From an uncultured bacterium (GTDB lineage: Bacteria > DAOPZR01), in NCBI GenBank assembly GCA_964637655.1, contig CAZWUZ010000005.1:1-36394 (forward strand): 36,394 nt of DNA, in the 5' to 3' direction. The notes below the pieces were generated by a model. It was not told the origin of the DNA, made no database searches, and saw only the letters and a list, made by a program, of their open reading frames with translations. Within the stretch, counting starts at the first letter, position 1, and every line of letters begins with the position of its first letter. A program made the position numbers and the translations under genes. Positions 25,839-34,235 of the stretch are shown in pieces.

Positions 25839-26431
25839 GCCGAGTACCTGTCCGCTGCCATGTGCTTGAGGAGCGCTATGACCTCAAAACAAGCGCCATA
25901 CGCGCCACGGCAGGAGTCGAGGGGACTGTGCGTCTCGAAACGGCGGCACAAGTCCCCGGTACCGCGAAATGGGGCGTACGCCAACATGGCGCATCCCACC
26001 TGGAAGATTCCCTGCGGGTACTGGCCGTGGCGAAAGCACTGGGACCAGCAGTACTCGAGGGTATCGCGGTGGTAGGCGGCGTCGTACGCGACGACGGGCC
26101 GGCCGCAGACCAACCGGGCAAGACGCGGAGCGACTTGCCTGAACGTCGGCGCTTTCGCGACCATTTCGTTCGTGATGCCGTGCACTTCGGTCGCGTCCTC
26201 CGAAATGGGAAACTCGGGCCGGACGAGCGTGTCGAGCAGGGGCCTGCCGTCAATGGCCATGACCGCTATCTTCACGGCCTCGTTGTAGATATCCCGGCCG
26301 TTTCCATCGATGTTGATGACGACCGTCGGCTCGGCGAGCATCCATCGCGCCCACGCGGCCGCGCGCTCGCGCTCATCGAAGCGGTCCAGAGCGGCCTTGA
26401 TGTACATGTTAATTTCCCTGTCGGTTTTCAT
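25835..26431 (-). CDS. DnaQ/DEDDh 3'-5' exonuclease-fold protein with degenerate active site (198 aa)
   Basis: LLDTLVRPEFPISEDATEVHGITNEMVAKAPTF is typical of DnaQ-like proteins; the Exo I, II and III acidic residues are altered. Confidence 0.85.
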   Translation of the reverse strand: MKTDREINMYIKAALDRFDERERAAAWARWMLAEPTVVINIDGNGRDIYNEAVKIAVMAIDGRPLLDTLVRPEFPISEDATEVHGITNEMVAKAPTFRQVAPRLARLVCGRPVVAYDAAYHRDTLEYCWSQCFRHGQYPQGIFQVGCAMLAYAPFRGTGDLCRRFETHSPLDSCRGAYGACFEVIALLKHMAADRYSA

Positions 26432-26988
26432 GGCATGACCTCCTCGTTGATATTGGCGAAGCCGTCCTCCGGCTCCGGCATTTCGGTAGGCGGAAAGTCC
26501 GCCAAAATGGTAGGCGGATTGCGCTCTGCGAGGGCATCGACGACCAGGCCCCCGGTGGCCTGATGGAGCATCCTGGCGCCCGCGGCCAGCGCCGCGCTCA
26601 GGGAGGTCGTCCAGACGTCGTGACGACCGTTGTTGCATGCGCGCAGGGGGATGCGCCTGACCTCGTGCCCGGGGACCTCCTGACGCAGGGTCAGGCCAAG
26701 CAGCTCATAGGCGACCGCGGCGAGGCAGGATATGCGCACCTCCACGGCGACCACGCCTTCCTCCGGCGCAAGGATGCCGTCGTCCGGATATTGCTTATCG
26801 AGCACGAGCACGGGGCTGGAATCGGCGAAGCGGGGCCATGCCACGCCCAGCAGCACGGTCGTATCATGCAACTTGACCGTGACCAGCTCGCCACGCACGA
26901 GCCGCTCGCACTCGTCCGCGGTGAACTGGCCCTGTTCCGCAATTAGCCACAGTTCGTCCTCAAGTACGCTTATCGCTGTATCCCTCAC
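26428..26988 (-). CDS. Hypothetical protein (186 aa)
   Basis: GTG start after GGAGG; GTGA and ATGA overlaps with both neighbours. Confidence 0.65.
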   Translation of the reverse strand: MRDTAISVLEDELWLIAEQGQFTADECERLVRGELVTVKLHDTTVLLGVAWPRFADSSPVLVLDKQYPDDGILAPEEGVVAVEVRISCLAAVAYELLGLTLRQEVPGHEVRRIPLRACNNGRHDVWTTSLSAALAAGARMLHQATGGLVVDALAERNPPTILADFPPTEMPEPEDGFANINEEVMP

Positions 26989-27740
26989 AGTTGCACCTCC
27001 TGATTGACCTGGGACTTGACCCAGGCATGTTCGGCGGGCGCGTTGGCCTGCGCGCCGACCCCGGGAGCGGACATGCCCCGGAGCATATGCTGAGCAACGT
27101 CGGCGTAGGAATCCGCTGATATGCCCGCTGGCATACCCGCATTGGCTTCAACGGGGCCATCCCTTGGGCTTACCGTGGACGTACCGCTTACGATATCGCC
27201 GGGCGCTTCGTGCAGCCCCAGCCGGCGCATATAGCCCGCCAGCCTCACCTCATGGTCGCCCTTGACCGGGGCAAAGGCACGTTCCGCGAGCGAGCCGACC
27301 TGCGCGACGGTCTGCGCGTCACGTCCGGACGCACACCAGGCGTGAGAACGCGCCGGGGCGGGGGAGGACGCCGGGGGAACGGTGCTGTCGGGAGAGGTAT
27401 ACTCGCCGCGGGATGTACCACGGAATGCGGCATCGGGCGCTTCCGGACGAGGGGTCAAGGCTGCGCCCGTGGGGGATGGGGCATGATGGATGTTGACCAC
27501 GGATACGCTAAGGCCATCACCCGCAGGCCAGACGCGCCGGAGACCCTGCGGTGCTGCCTGGCGAAGGGATAGGGGCTCTATGGAGGGATGACCCCCACTG
27601 AGCGCCGAGACGACAGGGGATGACACCTCAGGAACGGGCTCCGACAGCGCCTGCAGCAGCACACCAGCAACGCCGGCATGCGCAGGAACGGGCACGGGGG
27701 AACGGCCGACAGGCACACGGCTCACGGACGTGCTGGCCAT
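26985..27740 (-). CDS. Pro/Ala/Ser-rich, probably disordered protein (251 aa)
   Basis: ATG 27740 is 1 nt after the HUH gene stop; low-complexity sequence. Confidence 0.5.
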   Translation of the reverse strand: MASTSVSRVPVGRSPVPVPAHAGVAGVLLQALSEPVPEVSSPVVSALSGGHPSIEPLSLRQAAPQGLRRVWPAGDGLSVSVVNIHHAPSPTGAALTPRPEAPDAAFRGTSRGEYTSPDSTVPPASSPAPARSHAWCASGRDAQTVAQVGSLAERAFAPVKGDHEVRLAGYMRRLGLHEAPGDIVSGTSTVSPRDGPVEANAGMPAGISADSYADVAQHMLRGMSAPGVGAQANAPAEHAWVKSQVNQEVQL

Positions 27741-27741
27741 T

Positions 27742-28272
27742 TCAGTGCGCCGGGGGCTCATCGTCGTTCGGGGGCGGTTCATCGCCGCCCACCGGCTCGC
27801 TCCGGCGCCACCGGGCGGGCATGTCGTCGTCGTTCGGCGGGGGAGCGTCCGGGTCGTCCGCATCCCTGCGCGACCGCCAGTCGTGGGTCACACCCGGAGG
27901 GAGAATCTGGTCGTCCAGGTACTCGCTGATGCGCTGGATGTCAGCCTCACCGTGGAGGGGCTCGATATGCAGGAACCCTCCGGACACCTCGTGCCAATGC
28001 CTACGCATGACGGAGTTGCTGACCAGCTCGCGGAACTCGGCCAGCGTGTGGAGGTGCAGCTTCTCTCCCTTCGTGCCTTTCTTGCGGTTGCCCACGCTCG
28101 GAACGGTGTGGAAGCTGACGATACCACCCGCACGGTCCAAGCGCTGACGGAACAGTTTCAGCTTGTACGCCGCCTTTTCAATCGGCACGTACCTGTCCGG
28201 GAAACCGAATACCAGGTGATTGGTACGCGACGGACCAGGTGGCTCGGGCCACTTCCATGTTCGTTTCACCAT
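27742..28272 (-). CDS. Small HUH endonuclease, rolling-circle Rep-like (176 aa)
   Basis: Strong RBS GAGGGAGG; motif I-like HLVFGF; motif II KLHLHTL; conserved W..G; motif III-like ISEYL; acidic Pro-rich tail. Confidence 0.65.
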   Translation of the reverse strand: MVKRTWKWPEPPGPSRTNHLVFGFPDRYVPIEKAAYKLKLFRQRLDRAGGIVSFHTVPSVGNRKKGTKGEKLHLHTLAEFRELVSNSVMRRHWHEVSGGFLHIEPLHGEADIQRISEYLDDQILPPGVTHDWRSRRDADDPDAPPPNDDDMPARWRRSEPVGGDEPPPNDDEPPAH

Positions 28273-28275
28273 GAC

Positions 28276-28461
28276 CTATACCTCCCTCTCGTTGGATGTC
28301 TGCACTGGGATGCCAACCCCTACAGAGACACCTACACCTTCTATCAAGAATGCCTTTCCCTGTTGAGATAGACAGAACAACCGCCTGTGGCAATTGCAGG
28401 TTGTGCCGTTGGCTTCGCCACACCCGCGTGCTTCGGCGTGCTTCATCTTCCTATAATCCAT
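28276..28461 (-). CDS. Small Cys-containing protein (61 aa)
   Basis: GGAGGG RBS; CGEANGTTCNCH...C; ends 3 nt before the HUH gene start. Confidence 0.45.
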   Translation of the reverse strand: MDYRKMKHAEARGCGEANGTTCNCHRRLFCLSQQGKAFLIEGVGVSVGVGIPVQTSNEREV

Positions 28462-28675
28462 ACCAACCATCCCTCCATCCGGCGCACGCAAATGCGCGCG
28501 CGTAATTCGCCACGGCATAGCCGGGCGAGCACTACTACGTCACCATCAACAAACTGCTATTCAGTTGTAAGGGTTGACTGACCCACGGGGTCGCCGAAAG
28601 CGCCGACGAGGAAAAACGTGCCGTGCAGTTAAGCCTGCAGGTCGCCTCGCCGGCAATAACCATTACTGTTAGTGT

Positions 28676-28686
28676 ATTATACCACA
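28676..28686 (-). promoter_or_regulatory. Extended -10 promoter for the leftward operon
   Basis: TGTGGTATAAT on the minus strand, the same 11-mer as at 5570-5580 on the plus strand. Confidence 0.55.
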
Positions 28687-28807
28687 AATCAAAGATTATT
28701 TCCTGCCCTATACTCATGACAACTCCCGATTCTGCACGTACATTATCATCGTTGTTCCCATCGCTGAAGTACCTTCTTCGTGCCGCCCGTCCCGCAAGGC
28801 AATCCCC

Positions 28808-28900
28808 GCCCGCAGCAACCTGCCCGACGCGGTCAGGAGCGGCGATATGGATTGACGGAGGTTCGGCCATATCGGGCTTGTGCGGGAGTTGCTGACGGGC
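28808..28900. repeat. Nested imperfect inverted repeat (long stem-loop)
   Basis: GCCCGCAGCAAC (28808-28819) pairs with GTTGCTGACGGGC (28888-28900); inner CGATATGG (28843-28850) pairs with CCATATCG (28867-28874). Confidence 0.6.
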
Positions 28901-29111
28901 GTGGGCGGGTCGTGGTTCTGGTCGCTCGTTGGGGGACTGGCACGCCTGGCGGGCGTGGGCGGCGGCACGGGGCGCGCTGCTGGATGGCGTGGTGGCCGTC
29001 CCGTACGATGCGAGAAATATTTTCGGTAAATCGGCAGATATCTGCAACGCGGAAGCAGAATGACGTGTATAAGGTGGGTAGGACGAGCAGTATAAGGGCG
29101 CGTGTGCAGCG

Positions 29112-29140
29112 TTGAACTTTGTTCCGTGGGATAGTATGAT
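29112..29140 (+). promoter_or_regulatory. Sigma-70 promoter of the defence cluster
   Basis: TTGAAC (29112-29117), 17 nt, TATGAT (29135-29140); 15 nt upstream of ATG 29156. Confidence 0.7.
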
Positions 29141-29155
29141 GCACTCGGGAAAAGG

Positions 29156-30718
29156 ATGACTATGGCATTGCCGATAAGCTGGGAACATCTCGTCGCCGGC
29201 AAGACGGTGGAATGGGAGCACATCGAGTTCAAGACGGGCTGGAATCCCCTGGCCGTCATGCATACGGTGTGTGCGTTCGCCAACGACCTGAACAACTGGG
29301 GCGGGGGCTACATCGTCATCGGGGTCGCGGAGAAGAAGGGACGTCCCGTGCTGCCTCCGGCTGGTGTGCCCGCGGGGGACATCGACCGCATCCAGAAGGA
29401 ACTGCTTAATCTGTGCCATCAGCTGCGCCCGCAGTACTTCCCCGTGGTCATGCCCGTGACGGTCAAGCGGAAGCACATAATCGTTGTCTGGGCGCCAGGC
29501 GGCCAGAACCGCCCGTACAAGGCGCCCGACGGCTTGGGCAAGAACCCGACGTACCATTACTACGTCCGGCGGCTGTCCAGTACGGTCCGCGCGCGGAATG
29601 GCACGGAGCGCGAGCTGCTGTCGCTCGCGGCGACCGTTCCCTTCGACGACCGGGTCAACCATCACGCGAAGCTGACGGACCTCCAGGTAGGCCTGATACG
29701 CGAGTACCTCCAGCAGACGGGAAGCGACCTGTTCGAGCCCGCGGCGAGGATGTCCTTGGCCAGGCTGGCGCGCCAGATGCGCATCGCCGACGGTCCGGAC
29801 GAGGACCTGCATCCGCTCAACGTTGGGCTGATGTTCTTCAATGACAAGCCCGAGCGGTTCTTCCCGGATTCGCGGGTCGAGGTGGTGCGTTTCCGCGGTA
29901 CGCCCGGGGACGACGAGATGAGCGAGGCGGTGTTCGCGGGTCCCGTGCATAGGCAGATACGCGACACGATGCAATTCATCCGGAGCACCGTACTGACCGA
30001 GCGGGTGCGCAAGGTCGCGGACCGGGGCGAGTCCGAGCGGTTCTGGAACTACCCGTTCGTCGCCGTCGAGGAGGCCCTGGTCAACGCGCTGTACCATCGG
30101 GGATACGACACGCGCGAGCCGGTCGAGGTCCGCATCCATCCCGACCGCATCGAGATAGTGAGCTATCCGGGTCCCGACCGGTCGGTGACCATGCGGGATA
30201 TCGCCAAGGGGCATATCGTCTCGCGTCGGTACCGGAACCGGCGCATCGGCGAGTTCCTCAAGGAGCTCGACCTGACCGAAGGCCGGGCCACGGGCATTCC
30301 GAAGATACAGAAGGCGCTCAGGGCCAACGGCTCGCCGGCGCCGAAGTTCAGCACCGACAGCGGACGTTCGGCCTTCGTCGCCACGATACGCATACACCCG
30401 GACTTCGTTGCCCGACCTGAGCCGGTGGCAGTCGCCCCCGACAAGACGGCTATCGACCGCGTGGTTGCGGTCATCAGGGGACAAGTTAGGAAACAAGTTA
30501 GGGAACAAGTTAGGGAACAAGTTGTTTCGGTATTGGAGTACTGCCGGGAACCGCGTGGGCGGAACGATATTCTGAAGCATATCGGGGTAACCCCGCTCTA
30601 CAAGAACTTCCGGAAACGCCTGCAGCCGCTCATCGACGCCGGGCTGTTGCGCCTGACGGTGCCGGACAAGCCGCGGAGTAGGAATCAGCGGTATGTGACT
30701 GTACAAACAAAAAAGTGA
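29156..30718 (+). CDS. Schlafen/AlbA_2 domain + HATPase-like (RecG C-terminal-like) + C-terminal wHTH protein
   Basis: EWEHIEFK...VCAFANDLNNWGGGYIVIGV; EEALVNALYHRGY; YRNRRIGEFL...EGRATGIPKI; PLIDAGLLRLTVPDKPRSRNQRY. Confidence 0.9.
   Translation: MTMALPISWEHLVAGKTVEWEHIEFKTGWNPLAVMHTVCAFANDLNNWGGGYIVIGVAEKKGRPVLPPAGVPAGDIDRIQKELLNLCHQLRPQYFPVVMPVTVKRKHIIVVWAPGGQNRPYKAPDGLGKNPTYHYYVRRLSSTVRARNGTERELLSLAATVPFDDRVNHHAKLTDLQVGLIREYLQQTGSDLFEPAARMSLARLARQMRIADGPDEDLHPLNVGLMFFNDKPERFFPDSRVEVVRFRGTPGDDEMSEAVFAGPVHRQIRDTMQFIRSTVLTERVRKVADRGESERFWNYPFVAVEEALVNALYHRGYDTREPVEVRIHPDRIEIVSYPGPDRSVTMRDIAKGHIVSRRYRNRRIGEFLKELDLTEGRATGIPKIQKALRANGSPAPKFSTDSGRSAFVATIRIHPDFVARPEPVAVAPDKTAIDRVVAVIRGQVRKQVREQVREQVVSVLEYCREPRGRNDILKHIGVTPLYKNFRKRLQPLIDAGLLRLTVPDKPRSRNQRYVTVQTKK
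30481..30523 (+). repeat. In-frame 12-bp tandem repeat (about 3.6 copies)
   Basis: ACAAGTTAGGAA ACAAGTTAGGGA ACAAGTTAGGGA ACAAGTT, encoding QVRKQVREQVREQV. Confidence 0.9.
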
Positions 30719-30760
30719 GCGTGGAGTAGAATCTGCGATGCATTCAACGGGAGGAAGGTT

Positions 30761-31504
30761 ATGTTCTATGAAAAGTTAAATGAACAACAAACGGTTGACC
30801 GTAATAAAATACAAAGCGATATTCAGAAAATGTTCGCAAAGAATCTGAAACCAATTCGCTTCGGTAGAAATAGAAGGTTTAATCTGAACAAAAATACAAG
30901 GGCGTTGGAAGCACATGCGGTCCATCGATTGTTAAACGAATGGTATGAAATTATTCGGGACCAATTCTACGCAATTGTTCAAGAACACATGGATGCGCTA
31001 TGTTATTACGAATGGCATAAAAAACATTATGGTGCTGGAACCGAGATAACATATTTGGTTGTCAGCCAGAATGCCTTACAGAATGCAATCGTTCGCCTGT
31101 GCTCGCTCATTGATGTGGTTGCCCAATTAATCAATACGAGGTATCACTATTATCAAAATGAAAATGAGGTCGATAGGGCTAAGATAAAAGAAGCGTTGAG
31201 ATTAACAAATAGACGCGCTCTATTGTCGATTTTGAATGACTTGGATAGCGAAATTGGTAAAATTAGGAAATGGAGAAATACGGCGATTCATCAGGGAAAA
31301 TTCACATTGTATCCGACTCCAAAAATGGATGTAAGAAGGCGGAATGGCCGAATTGTCGGCGCTGGGTTTGGGATGCAAAAGGGGATTGAACCCCACAGAG
31401 TTTTCCAACAGGTATTTCAAACGATTAAAAAGGTAAATGCCATTTTGCCCAAACTTGTAAAATACATGAATAGCTCAATAACAAATATCAGGAAATCAAT
31501 ATAG
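30761..31504 (+). CDS. HEPN-domain protein (Cthe_2314-like putative RNase)
   Basis: NAIVRLCSLIDVVAQLIN helix; RxxxxH motif WRNTAIH; AT-rich gene. Confidence 0.75.
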   Translation: MFYEKLNEQQTVDRNKIQSDIQKMFAKNLKPIRFGRNRRFNLNKNTRALEAHAVHRLLNEWYEIIRDQFYAIVQEHMDALCYYEWHKKHYGAGTEITYLVVSQNALQNAIVRLCSLIDVVAQLINTRYHYYQNENEVDRAKIKEALRLTNRRALLSILNDLDSEIGKIRKWRNTAIHQGKFTLYPTPKMDVRRRNGRIVGAGFGMQKGIEPHRVFQQVFQTIKKVNAILPKLVKYMNSSITNIRKSI

Positions 31505-31517
31505 CGGAGACGAGTGA

Positions 31518-34226
31518 GTGAATCATACGTCGAATGAACCCGAGTGGCTGACCCGAAAGAAACGCATCGATGGCCGCCTCAAGGCGCTCGGATGGACCCT
31601 CGTCTGTTATACTGAGGGCATGGATTTCTTACGGCTGACCGCGCATGCCGTTTCGGAACTCCAGACTTCGAACGGGCCGGCCGACTACGCCCTGTTCGTG
31701 CACGGTCGCCTGCTCAGCATCATCGAGGCCAAGAAAGTCACGGTCAGCCCGGAGAACGTCCTCGAGCAGGCCAAACGCTACGCCAGGGCCAACCAGTTCG
31801 CCGAAGGCAAGGTTCCGGCACCCGGACGGTGGCAGGACCTCAAGGTTCCGTTCCTATACGCGACGAACGGCGAAATCATCTGGTACCTCAACGCCAAGTT
31901 TGACAAACACATCTCTCGGAAGCTGGCCGACTATCATACCCCGCAGGCGCTGGAGAACATGTTCGCGCATGACCACGATGAGGCCTACAGGTGGCTGGCT
32001 ACGAATTCCACCGACAGCATCGAGCGGCTGCGCCACTACCAGAAAGACGCCATCCGTAGGATAGAAGAATCCATCATCGACGGGAAGCGCCAGTTCCTCG
32101 TGGCGATGGCGACCGGCACGGGCAAGACCTACATGACCGTGGCCCAAGTCTACCGCCTGCTCGAGTCCAAGGCGGCGCGCCGGGTGCTGTTCCTCGTTGA
32201 CCGCAAGGCGCTTGCCGCCCAGGCGGTGCGCGAGTTCGCGTCCTTCAACACGCCAACGGGAAACAAGTTCAACCAGGAATACGAGGTCTATTCCCAGCGC
32301 TTCCGCAAGGAGGACTTCGGCGACGACAAGCCGTTCGACCCCAAGGTCCTCCCGAACGACTACCTGGCCAGCCCGTCGAACACGCACACGTTCGTGTACG
32401 TCTCGACGATTCAGCGCATGGCCATCAACCTGTTCGGCCGGCAGGGGTCGTTCGCGCAGTCGCCCAGCGACCCGGACTATGACGAAGACGCCGACCGCAT
32501 CGACATCCCCATCCATGCCTTCGACATCATCATCGCGGACGAGTGCCACCGGGGCTACACGACGCAGGAATTGAGCATTTGGCGTGAGGTCATCACCCAC
32601 TTCGACGCCGTGAAGATAGGCCTGACTGCGACCCCGGCAGTCCATACGGTCGCGCTGTTCGGCGAGCCCGTATTCCGCTACAGCGTAGAGCAGGGCATCA
32701 AGGACGGCTACCTGGTCGACTACGACACGGTCATTGTACGTTCCAACATCCGGGTCGAAGGGGTGTTCCTGAAGGAAGGCGAAAAGGTCGGGCGCATCGA
32801 CACCGAGACTGGCGAGGAGACCTACGACCAGCTCGAGGACGAACGGGCATTCCCGTCTGGTGAGGTCGAGCGCCGGGTAACGGCGCCGGACAGCAACATG
32901 AAAATCATCAAGGAAATCGCCTCTTACGCCTATGCCCACGAGCAGAAGACCGGACATTTCCCGAAGATACTCATCTTCGCGGTCAACGACCTGGCGCACA
33001 CGTCGCACGCCGACCAGTTGGTGCGCATCTGCCGCGAAGTGTTCGGCAAGGGCGACGAGTTCGTCCAGAAGATAACCGGCAACCCGAACGTCGACCGGCC
33101 ACTCCAGAGGATACGCGAGTTCCGCAACCGGCCGAACCCGAAGGTTGTCGTCACGGTCGACATGCTTTCGACCGGTGTGGACATCCCGGTTCTCGAGTAC
33201 ATCGTGTTTCTGCGGCCGGTGCAGTCGCGCATCCTGTGGGAACAGATGCTCGGGCGCGGCACGCGGCTCGCACCGGAAATCAACAAGAGCCATTTCACGG
33301 TGTTCGATTGTTTCGACGGTACCCTCATCGAGCGCTTCAAGAACGCCTCTGCCTTCAAGCTCGAAGCGCCTGTGGGCGACCCAGTGCCGGTTTCGCGGGT
33401 TATCGAAAACATCTACGAGAACATCGAGCGTGAGTACAACACCAAGGTGCTGGTGAAGCGGCTGCGACGCATCGAGAAGGAAATGAGCGGCGAGGCGCGT
33501 CAGGAATTCGCCAGTTTCGTCACCGATGGCGACATCGGTGCGCTGGCCGGCCAACTGCCGGAGCTGCTCAAGAAGGACTTCGCCACCACCATGAAGCTCC
33601 TGCGCAACCAGAAGTTCCAGGAACTGCTGGTCGGCTACAAGCGCGCGAAACGCCAGTTCATAGTCGCCATGGAAGCGGTGGACGACGTCACTTCCGAACA
33701 TCGTTCGCGGTTCGGTGACTATGACCGCCCCGAGGACTATCTTGAGGCGTTCTCGTCCTTTGTCAAGAGCCATGCCGATGGTATCGAGGCACTGAAAATC
33801 CTGCTCGAACGGCCGAAAAGCTGGAATCCGGCGGTCTTGGACGAGCTCCGACGCATCCTGCGCGAGCAAAATTACGCAGAGCAGAGGCTGCAGGAGGCGC
33901 ACCGCCTGGTGCATCACAAGGCGCTGGCGGACATCGTTTCGATGGTGAAGCACGCGGCCAAGGAAGAAGAGCCTATCCTGACTGCGGAAGAACGGGTTGG
34001 CCGGGCCATGGACCGTATAACACTCGGGAGCAAGTTCACGGACGAGCAGCAGGAATGGCTGGGGTATATTCGTCAGCACCTTATCACCAACCTGACAATC
34101 GAGGAAGAGGATTTCGACATCTGCCCAATATTCGAGCAGCGCGGGGGACGGAACAAGGCGGCCAAGGTGTTCGGGCCGCGCCTGGGTACGCTCATCGAAG
34201 AACTGAACGTGGCGATTGCCGCGTAG
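31518..34226 (+). CDS. hsdR: Type I restriction endonuclease subunit R
   Basis: ADYALF...IIEAKK (PD-ExK nuclease); MATGTGKT; IIADECHR; VDMLSTGVD; QMLGRGTR; EcoEI-type C-terminal region. Confidence 0.95.
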   Translation: MNHTSNEPEWLTRKKRIDGRLKALGWTLVCYTEGMDFLRLTAHAVSELQTSNGPADYALFVHGRLLSIIEAKKVTVSPENVLEQAKRYARANQFAEGKVPAPGRWQDLKVPFLYATNGEIIWYLNAKFDKHISRKLADYHTPQALENMFAHDHDEAYRWLATNSTDSIERLRHYQKDAIRRIEESIIDGKRQFLVAMATGTGKTYMTVAQVYRLLESKAARRVLFLVDRKALAAQAVREFASFNTPTGNKFNQEYEVYSQRFRKEDFGDDKPFDPKVLPNDYLASPSNTHTFVYVSTIQRMAINLFGRQGSFAQSPSDPDYDEDADRIDIPIHAFDIIIADECHRGYTTQELSIWREVITHFDAVKIGLTATPAVHTVALFGEPVFRYSVEQGIKDGYLVDYDTVIVRSNIRVEGVFLKEGEKVGRIDTETGEETYDQLEDERAFPSGEVERRVTAPDSNMKIIKEIASYAYAHEQKTGHFPKILIFAVNDLAHTSHADQLVRICREVFGKGDEFVQKITGNPNVDRPLQRIREFRNRPNPKVVVTVDMLSTGVDIPVLEYIVFLRPVQSRILWEQMLGRGTRLAPEINKSHFTVFDCFDGTLIERFKNASAFKLEAPVGDPVPVSRVIENIYENIEREYNTKVLVKRLRRIEKEMSGEARQEFASFVTDGDIGALAGQLPELLKKDFATTMKLLRNQKFQELLVGYKRAKRQFIVAMEAVDDVTSEHRSRFGDYDRPEDYLEAFSSFVKSHADGIEALKILLERPKSWNPAVLDELRRILREQNYAEQRLQEAHRLVHHKALADIVSMVKHAAKEEEPILTAEERVGRAMDRITLGSKFTDEQQEWLGYIRQHLITNLTIEEEDFDICPIFEQRGGRNKAAKVFGPRLGTLIEELNVAIAA

Positions 34227-34235
34227 GAGCTGAGT

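Larger units (their letters stand above)
20373..28900 (-). mobile_element. Putative integrated mobile element (HUH Rep + VirD4-like ATPase + ClpP); boundaries uncertain
   Basis: About 12 co-oriented, mostly overlapping ORFs with no housekeeping synteny; HUH protein, RHH-like protein and coupling-protein-like ATPase; no integrase or att site seen. Confidence 0.55.

Noticed and set aside
20703-28272. Conventional tailed prophage interpretation (ClpP as prohead protease)
   Set aside because: No terminase, portal, major capsid or tail genes are recognisable nearby.
28535-30706. 723-aa minus-strand ORF
   Set aside because: Antisense shadow of the Schlafen-ATPase gene; no motifs.
31854-34079. 741-aa minus-strand ORF
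   Set aside because: Antisense shadow of hsdR, caused by its strong codon bias.
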